A stretch of DNA of 32,769 bases from Nitrospinaceae bacterium (GTDB lineage Bacteria; Nitrospinota; Nitrospinia; Nitrospinales; VA-1), in NCBI GenBank assembly GCA_046754465.1, contig JBHHVU010000035.1, positions 1 to 32,769 on the forward strand. The letters are read 5' to 3'. Position numbers and translations under genes: made by a program. Below are positions 27,578 through 32,769 of the stretch, piece after piece. The notes beneath the pieces are model-generated. The model did not search any database and had not been told where the DNA came from. It worked only from the letters and a program-made list of their open reading frames with translations. How positions within the stretch are numbered: position 1 is the first letter of the stretch; every line of letters starts with the position of its first letter.

Positions 27578-29662
27578 TTATCCAATGATGACCGGGTTTG
27601 TTCCATTGGGAATAATTTTATAAATTGCCAGTCTGGTTGACGACTTTTGCAGTTCCGCGGCCATTCGTGCCAACTCCTGTGAAGCTTTTTGAGTGTCGTT
27701 GGCCCCCTGGGAGGTGCTCCGGGCGGCTTCGGCGACCCCTCCGATATTGGCGGCGATTTCATCCGCGTTCCGGGCGGCTTCGGAAACACTGCGGCTCATT
27801 TCGTTGGTGGTGGCCGTTTGTTCTTCCACGGCGCTGGCGAGGGTATTGGCGATATCATCGATTTTATTGATAATCGTGGTGATTTTCCGGATGGCATCGA
27901 CGGAGCCTTGGGCATCGTCCTGGATGGCCTGAATTTTCCCCCCGATTTCTTCGGTGGCCCGGGCGGTTTGATTGGCCAATTCCTTGACCTCGTTGGCGAC
28001 GACAGCGAATCCCTTGCCCGCCTCGCCGGCGCGCGCCGCCTCGATCGTGGCGTTGAGCGCCAGAAGATTTGTCTGCTCGGCGATGGAGGTGATCACCTTG
28101 ATCACCTGCCCGATTTCGGCGCTGCTCTCTCCCAACTGCGAGATCGTTTTGTTGGTCGATTCCGCCATTTGGACCGAGGAAGCGGTTATCCGGGCCGCCT
28201 CGGAAGAATTTTTTGCGATTTCTTTGATGCTTGCCTCCATTTCACTGGTGCCCGTGGCGACGATTTCCACGCTTTTACTCACTTCCTTCGACGCGGCCGA
28301 AACCACGCTGGCCTGGGCGGTGGTCTCCTCGGCGTTGCCCGCCATCTGCTGGCTCACCGATGTCAGCTGTTCGGAGGCCCCCGCCAGGGCCTGGGAATTG
28401 TCCGATACCTGGTCCAGCACTTGCCGCATTTTGGCGTTGGTTTCTTTTTCCCGGTTCTGGGCTGCCAGCTTCCCGGTGATCACCTCCCAGGTGACCATGG
28501 GGCCGATGTAGTTGTTGTTCTGGTCATAGATGGGGCTTACCAGGAGGTCGAGAGTCTCGGGTCCCAATTGAATCTCCGCCCGGTGCGGCAGATTTTTCGG
28601 ATCAGAAAGGATTTGCCTCTGGCGCGCGGGATTCTTGTGGAAAATATCGATCGATTGCCCCTGGATGTTCTCCACCTTGACTGGCAGGTGCTGTTCGATG
28701 GTCTTGAGGGTCCGGACCGAGGCCGGGTTGAGGTATTGGATGTTCAGGTTTCGGTCGGCGAAGAGCACGTTGACCGGTGCGTTTTCCATAATCGACTGGA
28801 TCCGGGCCTTCTCCGTTTCCATTTTCTGTTTCTCGGTCACGAGTTCCCAGGTGACCATGGGACTCAGGTAGTTGCCGTCCTTATCGTAGATAGCGCTCAC
28901 CAGCAGGTTGGCGGTTTCCGGTCCGATCTGGATCAATGCCCGGTGCGGCAGGTTCGCCGGATCGGACAAAATTCGGCGTTGGTGCTCGGGATCCTTGTGG
29001 AAAATATCGATCGATTGCCCCTGGATGTTCTCCACCTTGACTGGCAGGTGCTGTTCGATGGTCTTGAGGGTCCGGACCGAGGCCGGGTTGAGGTATTGGA
29101 TGGTCAACTCCTTATCCGCCAAGATCAGGTTAGTGGGCGCGTTTTCCATCATCGACTGGACCCTGGCCCTCTCCGATTCGAGTCTCTTTGTCTCGGTGAC
29201 ATTTTCCCAGTTCACCACGTAACCGGTCCGCCGGCCGCCGGAGTCAAAGGTTCCGTTGAAAGTGGCCCGCAGGGTGACCACGCCGAAGGTCAGTTCGGCG
29301 GTGTGCGGCAGCGCATGGGGATTTTTCAGGATGGATTCCACCTTATCGGGGTCCCGGTGAAACCGGTGGATAGAACTGCCGACCATCTCGCCGATTGAAA
29401 TCCCGAACGCCTGGTGTATCTCCTCCTTGATTTTCCGCAGGGTTTCCAAGGCTTGCGGATTGGCGTAAATGAGCCTGAACCGGGCATCCGCGACCAAAAT
29501 GTTGGCTTGAACCTGGTCCAGACAGGACTCGAGCGAAGATGAATTTTTAAAACCGTTCCAATTTCCCGAACGGCCGCCGTTGAAGACTCCAAACCATCGT
29601 GAAAAAAATGAGCCAGGTTTTCTGGATGTATCATGAGAAGAACTACCAAGGGGGAGGGGCAT
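27578..29662 (-). CDS. Cytoplasmic methyl-accepting chemotaxis protein with 3 Aer2-type PAS domains
   Basis: No TM. PAS motifs [21 protein letters not shown] and [12 protein letters not shown], each with the terminal Trp. MA hairpin motif present. Confidence 0.95.
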   Translation of the reverse strand: MPLPLGSSSHDTSRKPGSFFSRWFGVFNGGRSGNWNGFKNSSSLESCLDQVQANILVADARFRLIYANPQALETLRKIKEEIHQAFGISIGEMVGSSIHRFHRDPDKVESILKNPHALPHTAELTFGVVTLRATFNGTFDSGGRRTGYVVNWENVTETKRLESERARVQSMMENAPTNLILADKELTIQYLNPASVRTLKTIEQHLPVKVENIQGQSIDIFHKDPEHQRRILSDPANLPHRALIQIGPETANLLVSAIYDKDGNYLSPMVTWELVTEKQKMETEKARIQSIMENAPVNVLFADRNLNIQYLNPASVRTLKTIEQHLPVKVENIQGQSIDIFHKNPARQRQILSDPKNLPHRAEIQLGPETLDLLVSPIYDQNNNYIGPMVTWEVITGKLAAQNREKETNAKMRQVLDQVSDNSQALAGASEQLTSVSQQMAGNAEETTAQASVVSAASKEVSKSVEIVATGTSEMEASIKEIAKNSSEAARITASSVQMAESTNKTISQLGESSAEIGQVIKVITSIAEQTNLLALNATIEAARAGEAGKGFAVVANEVKELANQTARATEEIGGKIQAIQDDAQGSVDAIRKITTIINKIDDIANTLASAVEEQTATTNEMSRSVSEAARNADEIAANIGGVAEAARSTSQGANDTQKASQELARMAAELQKSSTRLAIYKIIPNGTNPVIIG

Positions 29663-29787
29663 ATTTTTTTCCTTACGCTTTTGGGTGATCAGGATTTATC
29701 AATAGGGAAACGTCCCGATAAATTTTTCAAGATGATAAATTTCAGGAAACGGTGTTCTGTTCATTTTTCAAAGTTTGACGATGTAAA

Positions 29788-29803
29788 TGCAAATGGTTTG
29801 CCA
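29788..29803 (-). promoter_or_regulatory. sigma54 (-24/-12) promoter for the chemoreceptor genes
   Basis: Minus strand TGGCAAACCATTTGCA has exact GG-N10-GC spacing. Predicted +1 near 29777, about 115 nt before the MCP ATG. Confidence 0.78.
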
Positions 29804-29890
29804 AACCCCTCCTTGGCGTTTCTTAAATGCCTCATCGACTGGTGCCATGCGGATTGCCGGCCCTGAAGACCCTGAACGATCTTGGCGGCC

Positions 29891-29941
29891 CGGGACAAGT
29901 TCCGCACAAAGGGTCAAAGGTTCCGGGCGGAATATCGCACA
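29891..29941. promoter_or_regulatory. Two DctD-type upstream activator sites
   Basis: CGGGACAAGTTCCGCACA (29891-29908) and CGGGCGGAATATCGCACA (29924-29941) are 33 bp apart, about -115 to -165 from the predicted +1. Both resemble the rhizobial DctD box TGTGCG-N6-CGCACA. Confidence 0.65.
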
Positions 29942-30061
29942 CGGGTCGTCCTCCCATGGGGTTATGGGAAAGGGGTGGATTCCCCGGCGCCTCTTGACGG
30001 CCGATCTTGTAAGCTTTCCCCCGGAGGACCCCGGGACGTTGCGCAGGGAAAAACTTCCGGT

Positions 30062-31501
30062 TCAAGCGGGCTCCAGAAAATCCTTTCGTTTGAGGGCGTA
30101 CTTCCGCATTTTGTCGTACAGGGTTTTTCTGGGCAGTCCCAGGGTGGTGTAAGTGGCCTTGACATCCCCGCGGGTACGCGCCAATTCCTGTACGATCAGG
30201 GTTTTCTCAAAATCATTGATCTGTTCCACTAGAGTTCTTCTTTTTCCGATGGCGTTGTTTTGGGAACCGTTTCCTTTACCCGGTCCGTTTGGCGGCGGCA
30301 ATTCGGGATGGCAGTCCAGGGTGAACCGGTCGGCGGCATTTTTTAATTCGCGGACGTTTCCCGGCCAATCTTGGCCCATCAAATCGTGCAGGGTTTCATT
30401 GGTGATCGGTGGCATGGGACGCTTGAATTTCGCGCATGCCTGTACCACGAAATATTGGAACAGCAGGGGGATGTCTTCCCGGTGTTCGCGAAGCGGGGGC
30501 AGGGGGATGCGGATCACATTCAAGCGGTAAAACAGGTCCTGGCGGAATTTTCCCTCTTCGCCGGCCCGCTGGAGGTCCACCTTGGTGGAGGCGATGACGC
30601 GGATGTCCACGGGAATGATTTGGTTGGAGCCGAGCCTTTCGATGTGCCGTTCCTGAAGAACGCGCAATAGTTTTCCCTGCAGGTTGAGGGGCATGCTGTC
30701 GATTTCATCGAGGTAGAGGGTTCCGCCGTTGGCGTATTCGAACTTACCCACCCGACGGGCCTGGGCGCCGGTGAACGCTCCCGCCTCGTGCCCGAACAAC
30801 TCGCTCTCCAGAATTTCCTGGGGGATGGCGCAGCAATTGACCGCGACGAAACGTCTCGTCCGCCTGCCGCTTTGCTCGTGCAGGCAGCGGGCGGCCAGTT
30901 CTTTTCCCGTGCCGGTCTCGCCGCACAAAAGCACGTCGGCATCCACCTCCGCCACCTTTTCGATGGATTGCACCAAGTGGCCCATCGCCGGGGATTTCCC
31001 GACCACAAAGGAGCCGGACCTTTCCTGCACGGCGATTTCCGATCGAAGCCCCCGGTTTTCGAGAATCAGAGCCCGTTTTTCCAGAGCCCGTTTTATGGTT
31101 TTCAGGACGGCCACCCCGGAAAAAGGTTTTTCAATGACATCGTATGCCCCCCTCCGCATCACCTGGACGACCAGCGGGATGTTCCCCTGCCCGACGATCA
31201 GGATGACCGGAAGGTCCGGGTCCGTTTTCACCACCTTTTCCAGGAATTCCAATGCGCCGCATTCGGCCTTTTCCAGGTGGACCAACACCACTCCGTGCCA
31301 CTGGCGGGAGATCCGGCCCAGCACGCATTCCCCATCTTCAAAGGCCTGGGCCTCGATGCCCTCGAGGGTCAGGCGGTTTCCAAGGATGGCGGACAAATAA
31401 TTCTCGCTGTCCACGAGAATGACTTTTTCATTAAGGTCCGTTTTTCTTCTGGCAAAGGCAAGGTAATGTTCAAAGTCACATTTTCTTCTGGCAAAGGACA
31501 T
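30062..31501 (-). CDS. DctD-like sigma54 enhancer-binding protein with degenerate (Asp-less) receiver
   Basis: GETGTGKE, ESELFGHEAGAFTGA, LYLDEI, DLFYRL, WPGNVRELKN, HTH LGLPRKTLYDKM. The receiver reads VVLVHLEK. ATG 31501 has SD GAAGGAGG (ORF open to 31576). Confidence 0.93.
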   Translation of the reverse strand: MSFARRKCDFEHYLAFARRKTDLNEKVILVDSENYLSAILGNRLTLEGIEAQAFEDGECVLGRISRQWHGVVLVHLEKAECGALEFLEKVVKTDPDLPVILIVGQGNIPLVVQVMRRGAYDVIEKPFSGVAVLKTIKRALEKRALILENRGLRSEIAVQERSGSFVVGKSPAMGHLVQSIEKVAEVDADVLLCGETGTGKELAARCLHEQSGRRTRRFVAVNCCAIPQEILESELFGHEAGAFTGAQARRVGKFEYANGGTLYLDEIDSMPLNLQGKLLRVLQERHIERLGSNQIIPVDIRVIASTKVDLQRAGEEGKFRQDLFYRLNVIRIPLPPLREHREDIPLLFQYFVVQACAKFKRPMPPITNETLHDLMGQDWPGNVRELKNAADRFTLDCHPELPPPNGPGKGNGSQNNAIGKRRTLVEQINDFEKTLIVQELARTRGDVKATYTTLGLPRKTLYDKMRKYALKRKDFLEPA

Positions 31502-31974
31502 GGATTCCTCCTTCTTCCGCGTATCCCGCTTCATTCGTGTAATCGCTGCCCGGATTGAAAAAATAATGGATTCCAAATGCCCGAGAAATTCCGTCTAGCG
31601 AAATTCCCAAACAACCCCTGATTTTCTAGCAGGTTTCCAGGCGCCTGTTAATACTATAATTCGGTTTTCCTAATAAAATCAACAATTTTTTGGTAATCCG
31701 AATGTGTATGGGCAAAAATCCACTCTCGCCCGCTTAGATAATGCTCATTCAAAAACGCTGTAAAAACACGGAGGATCCTTGGAAAAAGGCTTGGCGGCAA
31801 GGGAAAGGGGCCGGGCGGAGTGCCTCCGCGGGCAATTGGTCATACTTTATAGGGCGGACCAAGGCGGATTGGCGATGATGCCAGGAGCAATCCCCCTCCC
31901 GGGGGCCGGGTGGTATTTTTTGGGGCGGGGGAAATCAAATTAGTGAGGAAATTTCTTGCTTGCCAGGATAGAAC

Positions 31975-32003
31975 TTGACATATTTATAGATGGTGGATAT
32001 ATT
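31975..32003 (+). promoter_or_regulatory. Putative sigma70 promoter (TTGACA-N17-TATATT) upstream of the XRE gene
   Basis: Perfect -35, 17-nt spacer, 5/6 match at -10. Confidence 0.6.
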
Positions 32004-32177
32004 AACGCGTTTTGGGAAATTAATTGAATTTGGGTTAATATTTTATCAAATGGCCTGTCGGTAACCCGGCCTTGCATTCAGGCCGATTGAGGCTGTTTTT
32101 CCTAGAACTGAAAATAATCCTCCCCAACCTACCATTATATATAGGTATACGGAATAATGCAAGGAAAATTATCAGGA

Positions 32178-32603
32178 ATGACAAATTTTCTGGGAGACCG
32201 GCTTCGGAAATGGCGAAAATCCCTGCCCCTCAAATCCTATGAGCTGGCCCGGTTGATCTCTATCTCCCAGGGGTCTCTTTCGGACATCGAGAACAATAAA
32301 TCCTTGCCCTCCGCCGATACCATCGCCAAGCTGTACCGGAATACCAACATCAATATCGTTTGGCTTCTCACCGGCAAGGGTCCCATGACCAAGGGAAGGC
32401 TTTCCGCCGGGGCCGGCACCGAGGAAATGGAAGCCCCGATGGCCCATGAGGAATTCGCGGAATACGGGCTGAACCAGAACTTAAAGGATATGATTGAAAA
32501 ACTGTTGCGGATTTATAAGTATGGGGATCCGGAGAAACGGGCGCACCTTTTGGGGTTTCTCGCCGGCGCTGACCCCGGTGACACCGTGGAGAAAGAGGGC
32601 TGA
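32178..32603 (+). CDS. XRE-family HTH transcriptional regulator
   Basis: LGDRLRKWRK...ELARLISISQGSLSDIENNKSLPSADTI...NIVWLLTGKG. Start is 32178 or 32157. Confidence 0.88.
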   Translation: MTNFLGDRLRKWRKSLPLKSYELARLISISQGSLSDIENNKSLPSADTIAKLYRNTNINIVWLLTGKGPMTKGRLSAGAGTEEMEAPMAHEEFAEYGLNQNLKDMIEKLLRIYKYGDPEKRAHLLGFLAGADPGDTVEKEG

Positions 32604-32615
32604 AACGGCCCGGAT

Positions 32616-32709
32616 TAGCCCCCATGTTGCGTGAATCGAATTATAACCGGGTCCTGAATTCCATTTAAGACCCTCACTCAACCCTCTCCCACCCATGCGG
32701 GAGAGGGTT
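32616..32709 (+). repeat. Dispersed ~92-bp REP/MITE-like element, copy B; hairpin may act as terminator
   Basis: TAGCCCCCATGTTGCGTGAATCGAATTATAACC...CCCTCACTCAACCCTCTCCC-acccatgc-GGGAGAGGGTT followed by a T-rich tract. Confidence 0.8.
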
Positions 32710-32718
32710 TATTAATTT

Positions 32719-32769
32719 GTGCGCCCGGCAGGGCGCACCTACTTGGAGGTGCAAGTCCTCTACAGGCCC
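32719..32769 (+). mobile_element. 5' end of a group IIC intron (truncated by window edge)
   Basis: Starts GTGCG (GUGYG consensus), then GTGCGCCC-ggca-GGGCGCAC and GAGG-TGCAAGT-CCTC, as in class C intron domain I 5' ends. Lies 9 nt after a stem-loop. Confidence 0.75.

Noticed and set aside
23824..29398. 809-aa and 569-aa plus-strand ORFs
   Set aside because: Antisense to the two MCPs; their repeats merely mirror the PAS repeats.
29780..29810. c-di-GMP-I riboswitch (GGCAAACCAT seed)
   Set aside because: The GAAA tetraloop and GACGCAAAG continuation are absent. The sequence is better explained as the sigma54 promoter.
32481..32696. 71-aa ORF sharing PGYNSI with the 23824 ORF
   Set aside because: The similarity comes from the non-coding dispersed repeat, not a protein family.

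Overview
GC-rich bacterial chromosomal window. Gene content is consistent with a Nitrospinota or delta-proteobacteria-like lineage; this is an inference only. From left to right: (1) a PilV-like prepilin missed by the ORF track, running off the left edge in an (SDDSGG)n repeat and preceded by a sigma54 promoter; (2) a di-haem bCCP/MauG-family protein with the MauG-type Tyr ligand, divergent from an apparently leaderless oxyR; (3) a membrane spermidine-synthase-like gene pair; (4) XRE-pilMNOPQ-aroB, with an unusual DUF2059-like/PilP fusion; (5) miaB, hypotheticals, a DUF1318 lipoprotein, fabF, nagZ and a GT-C glycosyltransferase; (6) a ~9 kb same-strand sensory block. That block holds a DctD-type sigma54 activator whose phospho-Asp is replaced by His, two DctD-like upstream activator sites and a -24/-12 promoter, two chemoreceptors carrying six Aer2-type haem-PAS domains (recent 360-bp tandem duplications), and a FixL-type haem-PAS histidine kinase. 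It is the best candidate for an undescribed O2/gas-sensing system. (7) An XRE regulator follows, then a dispersed ~92-bp hairpin repeat with the 5' end of a group IIC intron immediately downstream at the right edge. All family calls come from motif recognition without database searches.
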